From: a virus
Lineage: Duplodnaviria > Caudoviricetes
DNA length: 56,932 nt
Reading direction: 5' to 3' (one strand)
IMG/VR virus record: IMGVR_UViG_3300040781_000267
Span: 1-56,932 of that record
Below, piece after piece: positions 10,329 to 19,641 of the stretch. The notes under the pieces are model-generated. The model ran no database searches. It was not told the DNA's origin and saw only the letters and a program-made list of their open reading frames with translations. Position 1 is the first letter of the stretch; every line of letters begins with the position of its first letter. A program made the position numbers and the translations under genes.

Positions 10329-11879
10329 TTAATCCAAGGGGAATATGTATGCTGTGCCAGACTGGGCTCCGACTTGGTTCCATTCTGCTGCGCCGGCCGC
10401 GAGGTAATTACCATCCCCGGATATTGCACATCCGTTTCTAAATTGTCTGTAATTACTGTAACCGCCCATAAGTGTACCAACACGAACCTCCCAGGGCTGG
10501 AATAACTCAGTTGTATAGCCGTTTGTCCACGAGGCTCCTGTCCTCGTCAGAACATACACCGCGCCCACTTCGTCTGTTTCATTAGGTCCGCCGTAATCGT
10601 ACCCCGGATAACCAGCCGACATTGTGATCTTAGACCCGTCGTCGCTGATAGAAACAGACCCGCCAAATATATAATTATCAGGAACAGGCGATGCTGGTGT
10701 TAACACCTGAACTTCCGACCACGTATTCGGAGGGCCTTCCTCGAATACAAACGCGGCGCCTGATTGAAATCCACCGGAATCAAAAAAGTTTGTTGCACCT
10801 ACTACAATTGTAGATGCATCTGAACTACAATCGACCGACTGTCCAAAATAAATATACGGATCATAATTAAACGGATCCGGATCAGTAGCATATAACAAAT
10901 CAACCTGATTCCAAGTCCTAGAACCCGGAAAAGATTCCCTCAGAACACTTGCGTTACCGCTGACTACCTGAGGAACAGAATCGCCTACCCTGGCGCCGAC
11001 TACAATTACTTCGCCATCTGCCGATATTGCAACCGATGACCCAAATTCGTTTCCGGTTCCGTTTGGATCATCAATTTGTACGAAATCGCCCCAGGGCGAG
11101 TTATCACTATGCCATACATAAATTGCGTTTTGCGATGGAGCTCCAGCTACAATTATGTCACCATCGGATGTAAGATCTATCGCATATCCAATATAGACAC
11201 CGTTTCCTGTTTCGGCTTTGGAGTTTAGTATCGCAACCTCTGACCAGGTGTCGCCGCCGCCTTGGAATACCGATATTCTGCCAGTCTGGTCTACAGGTGC
11301 TGGATTACTGAATCCATTAACTGCGCCTGCGATAATAGTAGAGCCATCTGCTGATATCCCAACGGACCACCCAAAATACGAATTATAACCAGTTTGTGTT
11401 ACTTTCTGCTCAGTTTGCCATGTTGTTCCGGTGTATATGTATACTGCTCCGTCGTAACCATCGGCGCCATGTGCGCCCGCTACCATTATCGAACCGTCAC
11501 CGTTGACTGCTACGTTTGCACCGAATGCATTATCGCCAGTCTCGTCAGACGCTGTAAAAATTTGTGCGCCCGGTGGACTAAAGATAATCTCAACATTACT
11601 GCTGTATCCTGTGCCGTCTGTATCTATCGTAACACCAGTTACACTTCCGCCGCTTATGGTCGCTGTTCCTGTGCCGCCGGTACCTGTACTATCTACAAAA
11701 AATACATACGGTGGAAATACATACCCTGTGCCGCCGTCAGTGACTGTTACCCCTGTTATTACACCACCGCTTTCTGTAACTGTTCCTGTGGCTGGGGTCG
11801 GGGGAGATGGTGGTGCTACACCCTGACTTATAATTACCTGTCCTGTTATTATTGAATTTCCTGAAAATGTTACGGGCAT
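10329..11879 (-). CDS. FG-GAP repeat beta-propeller protein with N-terminal TGVTVTDGGTGY repeats
   Basis: FG-GAP repeats; N-terminus similar to 5045..9007. Confidence 0.8.
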   Translation of the reverse strand: MPVTFSGNSIITGQVIISQGVAPPSPPTPATGTVTESGGVITGVTVTDGGTGYVFPPYVFFVDSTGTGGTGTATISGGSVTGVTIDTDGTGYSSNVEIIFSPPGAQIFTASDETGDNAFGANVAVNGDGSIMVAGAHGADGYDGAVYIYTGTTWQTEQKVTQTGYNSYFGWSVGISADGSTIIAGAVNGFSNPAPVDQTGRISVFQGGGDTWSEVAILNSKAETGNGVYIGYAIDLTSDGDIIVAGAPSQNAIYVWHSDNSPWGDFVQIDDPNGTGNEFGSSVAISADGEVIVVGARVGDSVPQVVSGNASVLRESFPGSRTWNQVDLLYATDPDPFNYDPYIYFGQSVDCSSDASTIVVGATNFFDSGGFQSGAAFVFEEGPPNTWSEVQVLTPASPVPDNYIFGGSVSISDDGSKITMSAGYPGYDYGGPNETDEVGAVYVLTRTGASWTNGYTTELFQPWEVRVGTLMGGYSNYRQFRNGCAISGDGNYLAAGAAEWNQVGAQSGTAYIFPLD

Positions 11880-11883
11880 ATTA

Positions 11884-12636
11884 TTATCCTACTATAAATC
11901 CATAGCCGTCGCCGGCAGTTATTAAGTTGTACAATTCTAAATCTAATTTTTCGACTTCAGCTGCGGATTCTGCCATTAACTGTTCGCCATTTAACGTAAC
12001 AGTTCCTGTTGGTCCGGGAAATCCGCCGGGATACTTAGATCTTGCTTGACCCAGCATATGTTTGCACAATGCTAATGCGTGAGATCTAACCCAGGGACCG
12101 GTGTACGGGTCTTGCAATACTGCATCCTCACTCTTTGTTGTCCAACAACGAACAATTACATCTTCGTGCGCCATTGGCTTACGAATTAATCTAAGAGTTT
12201 TTGTGCTGTTGTACCATACAAAGTTATACTGGGATGCAAATACCCGTTCGGTGGTCTCTAGAAACTGATTATAAAAATCCCAAGTTGCTAGGCCGCCTGT
12301 CTTGTTAGGTTGAAGAAGATAGATGTTATAGAATGCTGCGTCAACAGGGTCAAAGTTTATACCACCGTTTGTGTAAGCACCGACGCCCCTGCGATACAGG
12401 CGTCTAACTTCTTGAACTTCGTTGGGGAGTGTATATTCTTCTACATCGCGTTCGAGTGCGAGAAAGATATCCTGCTCTTCGAGGGCGCCATCTGACCGTT
12501 GCTTTATTTTATCTAGAGATAACGATATAGCGGCATCATAGTGCTCGGGGTCTAATTCGACGTCGACAAGCTGATCACCTAGTAATAAGCTTATCTGTTT
12601 TATGTACAGTTCGCGGGTAGTAGGGGTTGCGCTCAT
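11884..12636 (-). CDS. Neck / head-tail adaptor protein (T4 gp13-like)
   Basis: LLLGDQLVDVELDPEHY, LALCKHMLGQARSKY and GPTGTVTLNGEQL. Confidence 0.8.
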   Translation of the reverse strand: MSATPTTRELYIKQISLLLGDQLVDVELDPEHYDAAISLSLDKIKQRSDGALEEQDIFLALERDVEEYTLPNEVQEVRRLYRRGVGAYTNGGINFDPVDAAFYNIYLLQPNKTGGLATWDFYNQFLETTERVFASQYNFVWYNSTKTLRLIRKPMAHEDVIVRCWTTKSEDAVLQDPYTGPWVRSHALALCKHMLGQARSKYPGGFPGPTGTVTLNGEQLMAESAAEVEKLDLELYNLITAGDGYGFIVG

Positions 12637-12648
12637 GATAACTCCAAT

Positions 12649-12680
12649 GTTTCATGTATTTATCACAAGCGACAGGGTTT
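12649..12680 (-). repeat. 32-nt promoter-containing direct repeat, copy 1 (contains GATAAATAC)
   Basis: gtttcatgtatttatcacaagcgacagggttt; 30 of 32 identical to 13504-13535. Confidence 0.8.
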
Positions 12681-12690
12681 TGCTACAATA

Positions 12691-13488
12691 TTACGGTGGC
12701 GCGTTCTTGTAGGGGTGGCCAACCGGAAGATCAGCTTCTAGGCCCCATTTCCACGCTAGATATCCCTCTGTCTTCTGTCGATTTGCTGCTGTTGCGTTAG
12801 CTCCGGCTAAAACTACAAACTCATTATAACTGCCGCCGGCAGTTGCACCATAAAATCCGTACGATCCATTGCCCATATACATAGTCTGACTACCGGAGTT
12901 TGCCAAACTAGTAACGCCGGTATTCGATGACGCTAGTTCGCCTTCGAGGTAATACTCTAAATCTGTTCCTGTTCGCTGATACGATGGCATTCTTGTTGCG
13001 GGATCGTTGTTGGGCCAGAGCGCACTGCCGGCGCCAACACTATTATAATATGCTACGCCACCACTGTTGCTCTTACCGAAACACACACCAGCCTGGCTAA
13101 TATTAGTTAGCTGTAATTGACCGTGCCAGTTCTTTGCTGGGTAAAATGTTGTAGCACTAAGCACACCGACCATAACCACATCGCCATTTAACACTTCGGT
13201 GTTTGTAAAAGTACCATCCAACGAACTAACATTACTAAATGTTACTTCGTTATTTGCCGGCACAAACACTGGTGTAGATGATGTTCCACTACGTGGACCA
13301 AAGTTGCGATTGTTTCCGGAGAGATCGTTCCATTCGATTATGGCGCCGCCCGTTGACGGATTGATACTATCTGCGTTAGATGCATCCCACCAGCCTTCGG
13401 TAAATGTATCAGCAGGCGTCCACTCTAATTCGACGCCCAGGCGCATCCTGCCTGCTAAATTAATTCTACCTGAAACCGTTAACCCCAT
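12691..13488 (-). CDS. LamG/concanavalin A-like lectin-domain virion protein
   Basis: GWWDAS, WNDLSGNNR and C-terminal EGYLAWKWGL..LPVGHPYKNAPP. Confidence 0.7.
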   Translation of the reverse strand: MGLTVSGRINLAGRMRLGVELEWTPADTFTEGWWDASNADSINPSTGGAIIEWNDLSGNNRNFGPRSGTSSTPVFVPANNEVTFSNVSSLDGTFTNTEVLNGDVVMVGVLSATTFYPAKNWHGQLQLTNISQAGVCFGKSNSGGVAYYNSVGAGSALWPNNDPATRMPSYQRTGTDLEYYLEGELASSNTGVTSLANSGSQTMYMGNGSYGFYGATAGGSYNEFVVLAGANATAANRQKTEGYLAWKWGLEADLPVGHPYKNAPP

Positions 13489-13503
13489 AATAACCTCGCA
13501 AAC

Positions 13504-13535
13504 GTTTCATGTATTTATCATAAGCGGCAGGGTTT
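13504..13535 (-). repeat. 32-nt promoter-containing direct repeat, copy 2 (contains GATAAATAC)
   Basis: gtttcatgtatttatcataagcggcagggttt. Confidence 0.8.
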
Positions 13536-13538
13536 ACA

Positions 13539-13775
13539 TTAGCGCCTGAATCCCCAAGGCGGCACTTCGCTTACGGGGTGCATGCCGTCACGTCTCAGTA
13601 ATTCTAGCAGGAATTCGCCATTGGATACATGTTTCTCACATTTCAGATAACTACCGAACCCATCATCTACGTAATCGTATATAAAATAAATAAACCCGAA
13701 GAATACAAAGTGCCCAGATGTTGTCCGGTGTATAGGTGCCCACAGTTTATAATAATGCCTAATATTAGAGCTCAT
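13539..13775 (-). CDS. Hypothetical protein
   Basis: Tightly packed minus-strand ORF. Confidence 0.55.
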   Translation of the reverse strand: MSSNIRHYYKLWAPIHRTTSGHFVFFGFIYFIYDYVDDGFGSYLKCEKHVSNGEFLLELLRRDGMHPVSEVPPWGFRR

Positions 13776-14019
13776 CGGATTTCAAATATACCTTATCGCC
13801 GCGCAAGGTCCGTAATGTAAGTTCTTCTTTGTCGTAAATTCTACCAGGGATAAGAATCCAATCCGATATAACCGACGAGCGCCCGTTAAAAACTTCCACC
13901 TTGCTAATTGTCTTTACATAGTACTGATGCACATAGCGCAGAATAAACCATCGACCGTCTTCTGAACGGCGGCGACACAGTACGAAGCACTTTTCGTACT
14001 TCTCCTCATATATTTCCAT
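13765..14019 (-). CDS. Hypothetical protein
   Basis: Abuts the stop of the upstream gene. Confidence 0.6.
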   Translation of the reverse strand: MEIYEEKYEKCFVLCRRRSEDGRWFILRYVHQYYVKTISKVEVFNGRSSVISDWILIPGRIYDKEELTLRTLRGDKVYLKSDEL

Positions 14020-15138
14020 TTACTTTACTACTTTTAGGAGTATATGATTTTCGTTTAATCTGCTTTTTAGCTTAGTATCAAGTGTTGCTATATCTGCCAT
14101 AAATGTGCGAAGTGCTACCTTACCAGCTGCTTTGAAGGTCTTGAGCTGCTCCTTGGGCTTACGGAGTGTTTTTTCTGTGGATTCTGACGAAAAATTAAGG
14201 ATAGTTGCGCTTTTAACGCCCAATCCCTGTGCATCAGTAGCAATATAGTGGCCTATCTTACGTGTCTTTGTATTATATACCCACAATTCCTTGGCCCCTA
14301 CAATATCCCGGGGATTAATACTTACTAAGCCCAACGCACCATCTTCTTTCTGAAATTTCAACTTCTCTACAATCTTGTCGATTGACACTACTTTGCTCTT
14401 GCGAGGTTTTCTAGTTGTCTTAGACGACTCGATAAGCATTGTAGCACCAGTAGTAATTGCTGCATAAAACTTCTGCAACCGTTTCATCTGCGTCTTAGTG
14501 TAGGCGTAGCCTTCTTTCAGATCTGGATCATGTCCTGCAATTGCTGCATCGAGCTCTGCAATTTCGCCTTCGTAGAATTTTAGTATCCAACGAGCATGGC
14601 CGGCTTTCAGCTCGTCTTTCAGCATTAGTGCATGTGGATTAATTGCTTCGGGGTCGAACTTTGCGGGGTTTTCTATAAAGGTATCGATGTGTATGTCAAA
14701 CTGCTCTGCGGTCTTTGCCGCCTGCTCACGTAACCTATCCTGGATGTTAACAACCGGTGCAACCTCTTTTACTTCCAGCTCGGTTTTCTTTTGTTTCTTG
14801 TTAGCAGTACCGTCGACGATTATTTTCTCGACCTGTTCCTTTACAAACTTCTCGTAATCCTCAGTAATTTCGCCGCCGTGGTTTAAAATATAGCAAACCT
14901 TCCCAAGAATCACGTAGTAAGCAGAGTCGACATTGTCGACGCAAGTGGTATCTAGCTTGTTGAGTTTAAAATATTTCGTTGTCTCAGCCCGAAGTTTCTT
15001 ATCTGACAATTCATAATGAGCATAATACATTGCCTTTTCAAACTCTCGCTTGAATTGTGTATTGTCTTTCTTGATTTTTGAGAAGTCTGGTTTAACTGAA
15101 CCAGAGGCAATAGAATATTTTGAAGCCTTTCGCGCCAT
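14020..15138 (-). CDS. Phage protein of unknown function (basic, 372 aa)
   Basis: Long ORF with AGGAG RBS and its own promoter; C-terminal LWVYNTKTRK...KTLRKP. Confidence 0.8.
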   Translation of the reverse strand: MARKASKYSIASGSVKPDFSKIKKDNTQFKREFEKAMYYAHYELSDKKLRAETTKYFKLNKLDTTCVDNVDSAYYVILGKVCYILNHGGEITEDYEKFVKEQVEKIIVDGTANKKQKKTELEVKEVAPVVNIQDRLREQAAKTAEQFDIHIDTFIENPAKFDPEAINPHALMLKDELKAGHARWILKFYEGEIAELDAAIAGHDPDLKEGYAYTKTQMKRLQKFYAAITTGATMLIESSKTTRKPRKSKVVSIDKIVEKLKFQKEDGALGLVSINPRDIVGAKELWVYNTKTRKIGHYIATDAQGLGVKSATILNFSSESTEKTLRKPKEQLKTFKAAGKVALRTFMADIATLDTKLKSRLNENHILLKVVK

Positions 15139-15167
15139 TATTATTTTCTCCTTTATGAAGTCTATTT

Positions 15168-15196
15168 AGTATAAAGGAGATTTTTTATATTGTCAA
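15168..15196 (-). promoter_or_regulatory. Sigma70-like promoter
   Basis: TTGACA-17 nt-TATACT. Confidence 0.75.
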
Positions 15197-15657
15197 GACT
15201 GATTTAATGTAACCGGATCGTGTCTTCCGAACTGCTGATCTTCGTCTAGATAGTCGAGATGATGCACCCATCCTTCAGCTGGATCATCGAATCCCCATTC
15301 GCGATATTTAGGTCCAGTGATGAACAATGTCCAGACAGGCCCGCTTACAACCTCAAGGCGATGCATTGCAGAACCAGAGCGAAAAGTTATCTTTCCCTTG
15401 GGCCGTATAAATGTTTCAGTTGGGGTGATCTCGCGATATGTTCCAGACAAAATAATAGAACATGATGACCAAGGGTGGTCGTGCAGTGCTCTGTCATCGT
15501 CGCTTGCATTTACACGATGCAGATAGAAGTTTAGAAATCTATTCTTCGGAATAACATACCATCGTCTTAAATAATCTTGCTCGGGATGGATAATAAAATC
15601 CGGTGGACGCTTTGCTGCTATCTTTTTTAATTGTTTTTCTAGAAAGTCTACAAACAT
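15193..15657 (-). CDS. Cupin-fold protein
   Basis: YLRRW, YLH, HDHPW, YRE, HRLE and WTLFITGP..REWGF. Confidence 0.75.
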   Translation of the reverse strand: MFVDFLEKQLKKIAAKRPPDFIIHPEQDYLRRWYVIPKNRFLNFYLHRVNASDDDRALHDHPWSSCSIILSGTYREITPTETFIRPKGKITFRSGSAMHRLEVVSGPVWTLFITGPKYREWGFDDPAEGWVHHLDYLDEDQQFGRHDPVTLNQS

Positions 15658-15709
15658 AATTACCTCGGAATAATCGTGGTAACTCTACATATAATTAGAG
15701 TTCGTTCGT

Positions 15710-15738
15710 AGTATAACAGAACCGGTGACTGCTGTCAA
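15710..15738 (-). promoter_or_regulatory. Sigma70-like promoter
   Basis: TTGACA-17 nt-TATACT. Confidence 0.75.
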
Positions 15739-15741
15739 CCG

Positions 15742-15921
15742 TTAATATTTAGGGGCGTGTTTCGGCTTACGCTTGTAGTCGTTTTTCTTGTCGCGCTGGA
15801 CGGTAGCTTTATTAAAGGTACGGGCATGTTTTGCAACTGGATTAGTTTCCACTGGATTCTTTTCACCTTTCTTTAAGGTCTTCTTTAAAGCTTTCTTTTC
15901 GATGAGTTCAAATAGTCGCAT
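15742..15921 (-). CDS. Small basic protein (NPVAK...YKRKPKH, weakly ArfA-like C-terminus)
   Basis: Start moved to ATG 15921 (MRLFELIE); 59 aa, Lys/Arg-rich. Confidence 0.6.
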   Translation of the reverse strand: MRLFELIEKKALKKTLKKGEKNPVETNPVAKHARTFNKATVQRDKKNDYKRKPKHAPKY

Positions 15922-15940
15922 AATATTTCCCAAAATAATA

Positions 15941-16038
15941 AAAGGGCTCTCTCACCCGGTCACACCACAATTGCAGCCAAGGTAGCGAACGTTGGTTTGC
16001 ATGGCAGGTGTCGCCTCGCCCATAGCGGTCCTAAGGGC
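15941..16038 (-). ncRNA. Candidate structured ncRNA (about 95 nt, possible pseudoknot)
   Basis: GCCC.TAG/CTA.GGGC hairpin; nested CACC/GGTG, TGCA/TGCA and CCAA/TTGG; loop TCGCT complementary to GGCGA; terminal hairpin plus T-run. Confidence 0.45.
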
Positions 16039-16044
16039 ATGTAC

Positions 16045-16644
16045 TTATTTATCTTTTCGGGCCCAACCGCGCTTCTCTATAGCACGGACATTAGGAACAG
16101 TTTTTAACATATCAAGGTAGGGAATAAGTTTAAGCAGCTCGGTATCACCCGGGTCGCCCAGAAAGGGCCGGATTTGAACAAGGTTGCCGTATTGCCTCTG
16201 CAACTTCTCGGGAGTGTCGTCTACTACTATCGTGTGCTCTATCGGAAAACCAAACTTCCTTAGCTTTTTTAAATCTTTTACATATTCGTAAGTAGTGCTA
16301 CCGTATGAATCCATATTCCGATAATCTATTGCCTTTACACATCTGTTCCGCGCATAAGCAAATAATACTTCGCCGTGTTTCGGGTCAGTTATCATCTTTG
16401 CAATAAAATCGTCGACATAATCTTGTGTAGCAGAGGACCAGATACCTACAGTAAAATTCCGAAATGCCCAATGAAGAAATTTATGGACGAACGGGCGTTC
16501 TAGAGCGGGGAACACATCTAGTATACGAAAATCACAATCATCCATATCGCGAATGTACCCGCTTAATTCTGCTCGTTTAATATCATCGGGGTACATTGCA
16601 TGGAACAGGGTCTCGTCTATGTCGAGTACTAAGAGTCTGTCCAT
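16045..16644 (-). CDS. HAD-family phosphatase (FCP1/NIF type)
   Basis: LVLDIDETL, ERP, WSSA, KDLKKL and VVDDTP. Confidence 0.85.
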   Translation of the reverse strand: MDRLLVLDIDETLFHAMYPDDIKRAELSGYIRDMDDCDFRILDVFPALERPFVHKFLHWAFRNFTVGIWSSATQDYVDDFIAKMITDPKHGEVLFAYARNRCVKAIDYRNMDSYGSTTYEYVKDLKKLRKFGFPIEHTIVVDDTPEKLQRQYGNLVQIRPFLGDPGDTELLKLIPYLDMLKTVPNVRAIEKRGWARKDK

Positions 16645-16979
16645 TTCATTTCTTCTATAGTGCTGCCTTGGCGGTCACGATAGGACTGATACCCTGCAAA
16701 AAGTTCTGTAATGTTTTTGACTCCGACAGGATTAGCAGAATGGACGTTATAGTGGAAGCCGTAACGAAAGCGATGTCTACCCTGTTCGTCTTGGTCAATT
16801 AACCACTTAGCAAAGTCGTACCCAGTTTTAGAATCTTCGCCTAGGTCGTGGTCGAAAGAAACATAATCGGGCATTCCGTTCTTTTCGACCCAAGCTACAG
16901 CTTCGTCGTAAGAGCGCACAACATGCCAACGATAGTCGGTGGTCGGAGTACGTAAATCATCGAGATAAAGTCTAGTCAT
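16629..16979 (-). CDS. Cyclic-phosphate-processing receiver-domain protein
   Basis: LYLDDLRTP, VSFDHDLG, TGYDFAKWL and HSANPVG; start set at ATG 16979, just downstream of a promoter. Confidence 0.75.
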   Translation of the reverse strand: MTRLYLDDLRTPTTDYRWHVVRSYDEAVAWVEKNGMPDYVSFDHDLGEDSKTGYDFAKWLIDQDEQGRHRFRYGFHYNVHSANPVGVKNITELFAGYQSYRDRQGSTIEEMKWTDS

Positions 16980-16985
16980 TTTGAT

Positions 16986-17014
16986 ATTATACAATACCTT
17001 TTCGGTATTGTCAA
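16986..17014 (-). promoter_or_regulatory. Consensus sigma70 promoter
   Basis: TTGACA-17 nt-TATAAT. Confidence 0.85.
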
Positions 17015-17017
17015 TAC

Positions 17018-17389
17018 TTAGCGAATATTTAATTCTGCTAGTTTGGTTTGGAGTACTCGCAACTCTGCTTGCTCTTTCGGAGTTGGATCAGTTAGTACCA
17101 TTAGAATGTCGCGCCTAACAATCAACGGAAATGCTTTGGCATCCTTCACGTCCTTCCCTAACGCAGTTTGACTCTTTACAACTGTCTGTGCAAGTTCTAA
17201 AAACTTTTCGTCCATATGTTCTTGCTGCTGGATTCTAAGAGTTTTTTCTTGCTCTAATTCTGTTCTTAAAACATAGTGGGAATCGAAGTATGCAATGAAA
17301 CCGGTGAAGGCACTGAATAAGGCAAATAAAGAGCTGGCTATTGCAATTGTTTTCTTTGTAATTGGCTGCTTAGGAGAATCATCCGGCAT
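17018..17389 (-). CDS. Membrane-anchored coiled-coil protein
   Basis: Hydrophobic segment at residues about 14-34, then heptad-like helix. Confidence 0.65.
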   Translation of the reverse strand: MPDDSPKQPITKKTIAIASSLFALFSAFTGFIAYFDSHYVLRTELEQEKTLRIQQQEHMDEKFLELAQTVVKSQTALGKDVKDAKAFPLIVRRDILMVLTDPTPKEQAELRVLQTKLAELNIR

Positions 17390-18029
17390 CAGAATTACTC
17401 CTAGTAGATCCTTTAATAAGTTCGATTAAATTAAAATTAGTGATAATGATGGAATTTTCGTCGACACCATAATTTGTCAATTCTGCCTTAACCCGAACCA
17501 TCTCATTCGATATCTGTGCTCTCATCTCTACATCGGTTATAAACTTTTCATATTGCAACAGGGTATTATAAAGCACAATTAAATCGTATATCCGTACTTT
17601 GGTTTTCTCAAGAAAGAGGTCTTGCTGTTCGTCTGCTGACGGTCCCAAACCTTTCTTTTTATCTACGAGCTTAGTGACCTGCTTCTCATGGATACTAAGT
17701 TTGCCACGGCAAAAGGTTAGCTCTGCCTGCATGACATCATTTGCTGATTGCAGATCTAACACAACATTATTTAATCTTGTTATTTCGCTGCTGTAAAACA
17801 TGTGTTCTGGGGTGACGTCTGCATCGGATTGGGCAGTCCTAGCTTTCTGCTCTATTTGTTTAGACCTAACCGACTCATCGAAATTGCGAAGCACTGTCTC
17901 TATCTTGCTAGAGCTCGCAGACAATACTACATCAGTTGCTGGCGCAGAAGCGTCGGCAACAGGCTCGGCTTCTCTGGCCTGACATGCTAACAGTAACGGT
18001 ACAAATATTAATAGTACTAAAAATCTCAT
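17379..18029 (-). CDS. Putative lipoprotein with coiled coil
   Basis: Signal peptide with lipobox LLAC; late motif at 18043-18051. Confidence 0.7.
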   Translation of the reverse strand: MRFLVLLIFVPLLLACQAREAEPVADASAPATDVVLSASSSKIETVLRNFDESVRSKQIEQKARTAQSDADVTPEHMFYSSEITRLNNVVLDLQSANDVMQAELTFCRGKLSIHEKQVTKLVDKKKGLGPSADEQQDLFLEKTKVRIYDLIVLYNTLLQYEKFITDVEMRAQISNEMVRVKAELTNYGVDENSIIITNFNLIELIKGSTRSNSDAG

Positions 18030-18070
18030 ATTCCCTCCAAATGTATTTATCTTGGAAGGGCATTTTAGAG

Positions 18071-18583
18071 TTAGAAGGTGCCGACTATGTTTGAAGGATT
18101 TTGCTCGAAGCAGCGATTCAAAACGGGCCTATATTTTGTGAATTTATTCGTAAATGTGTGAAAAATAAAGTCGTCTGCATTATACATATACAACGACCTA
18201 TCTTCATCGCACCCGATAAGATATAGCAAATTTGCACCAAAAATTACAGCAGCCTCTTCGTAATCCCTGCACTTGTAATCCTCTATTGCAAAATATCTGC
18301 TGCCGCCGACTAAAGAAAAGGGTTGCTTTTTCCACTTAGCCTCTACAAACACTCGTTCGGTTGGTGTAGTAGCCCTGGTGATTAAGAAGTCAGGAAGTAT
18401 TAATGATTTGTGGCCAGCTCTATGCATACGAGGGCCACCGGCTGTGCCGTCGCTGATTTTAAAATTATGAGTCGGTGTTATCCAGCAGTCAGAATAATAT
18501 TGGATAAGCATGGGCTGTGCATATCTGACCTCGAAGTCCTCGCCCACTCGTAAATTATCATTAAACACTTTCTGAGTATTCAT
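18071..18583 (-). CDS. PD-(D/E)xK nuclease-fold protein
   Basis: GEDFE ... LPDF ... FVEAK. Confidence 0.65.
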   Translation of the reverse strand: MNTQKVFNDNLRVGEDFEVRYAQPMLIQYYSDCWITPTHNFKISDGTAGGPRMHRAGHKSLILPDFLITRATTPTERVFVEAKWKKQPFSLVGGSRYFAIEDYKCRDYEEAAVIFGANLLYLIGCDEDRSLYMYNADDFIFHTFTNKFTKYRPVLNRCFEQNPSNIVGTF

Positions 18584-18870
18584 TCGTATTTCAACCTTGC
18601 AACTAGTGCATCGTTTTCATCTTCGAAATAAAAGTTACCACGGCGTTGGTCCCATCCCCATCGACCCTTTACCCAGTTTTCGATATCGGTAACAACATTC
18701 TCCTCCCAGTATCGACTAGGACAATCCGAACGGTCCCATTGCTCGTGAAATGTAACCGGCACAGCGATACACCGATGTAATAAAAAATTAGAAGCCTTGT
18801 TAAACCGACGGAATTTTAACTTCGGCTTCTTCGGCTTCTTCGGAAACGAATACCTCTGTGCTTTCTTCAT
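18580..18870 (-). CDS. Hypothetical protein
   Basis: Overlapping-stop arrangement; ends FYFEDENDALVARLKYE. Confidence 0.6.
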   Translation of the reverse strand: MKKAQRYSFPKKPKKPKLKFRRFNKASNFLLHRCIAVPVTFHEQWDRSDCPSRYWEENVVTDIENWVKGRWGWDQRRGNFYFEDENDALVARLKYE

Positions 18871-19585
18871 TTGCTACAAATCTCTTTTTCGAAATGTTTG
18901 TAAGATACGAAGTTAAGCGATGTGACTTCATGAAATCTCTACCACCAGTTAATAGAACTTGTTTTCCGATGTGTTTGTATCCCATCCACTGAGGTGGAAG
19001 CATAGGAACAAGATCATTCGTATTCTCAACACGAACAATATTAACATCTTTAAAATATTCTGCAACCGTGTTAGCATCAAATACGCGGGGTGTACCAAAT
19101 GTATATATGTCGGTTGGTTTGTGTACCAACCCCATCAATTGTGCAAATGCGCCACCTAAACTATGCCCGGTAAACAGAACGTGTTTACACGAATCAGCTT
19201 CATCTAAATCAATCTGCAACCGACGAGATAGACAAGAAAGCCCCCTTACGAATCCTGCGTGTACCCGGTGGTCGCAGAAGGTAGTTTTCCAGCACTGTAG
19301 ATCTGTTTTCAATTCGTTCCATCGATCGTTCTTCTGTCCCTTAAATGCTATTACAACAAGAGAATCGAATTCGGCAAAGACTGCTTGAAGGCCATTCCGT
19401 TGATAGACCGACGAAACGTTAGGTCCTAATAAGTTTAATTTAGCGTGGATATAATCGTGTGAAAAATAAGATAGTTGTGCAAAGTATAAAGAGGTCAAAA
19501 CGGGATCGCTGATAAATTCTTCTTCGATGTCCCTTGTTATCGAGTCCCGGCTTATCTTTTGTTGTATGGAGGTAAAACTGGTCAT
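18800..19585 (-). CDS. Class 3 lipase family (alpha/beta hydrolase)
   Basis: VHAGF, TGHSLGG, YTFGTPRV, DLVPMLPP and GYKH. Confidence 0.9.
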   Translation of the reverse strand: MTSFTSIQQKISRDSITRDIEEEFISDPVLTSLYFAQLSYFSHDYIHAKLNLLGPNVSSVYQRNGLQAVFAEFDSLVVIAFKGQKNDRWNELKTDLQCWKTTFCDHRVHAGFVRGLSCLSRRLQIDLDEADSCKHVLFTGHSLGGAFAQLMGLVHKPTDIYTFGTPRVFDANTVAEYFKDVNIVRVENTNDLVPMLPPQWMGYKHIGKQVLLTGGRDFMKSHRLTSYLTNISKKRFVANEESTEVFVSEEAEEAEVKIPSV

Positions 19586-19641
19586 TGCACCTTCTGCATA
19601 AAAAGTAATAGCTACTATTTATGCAGAACATACAATATAGG

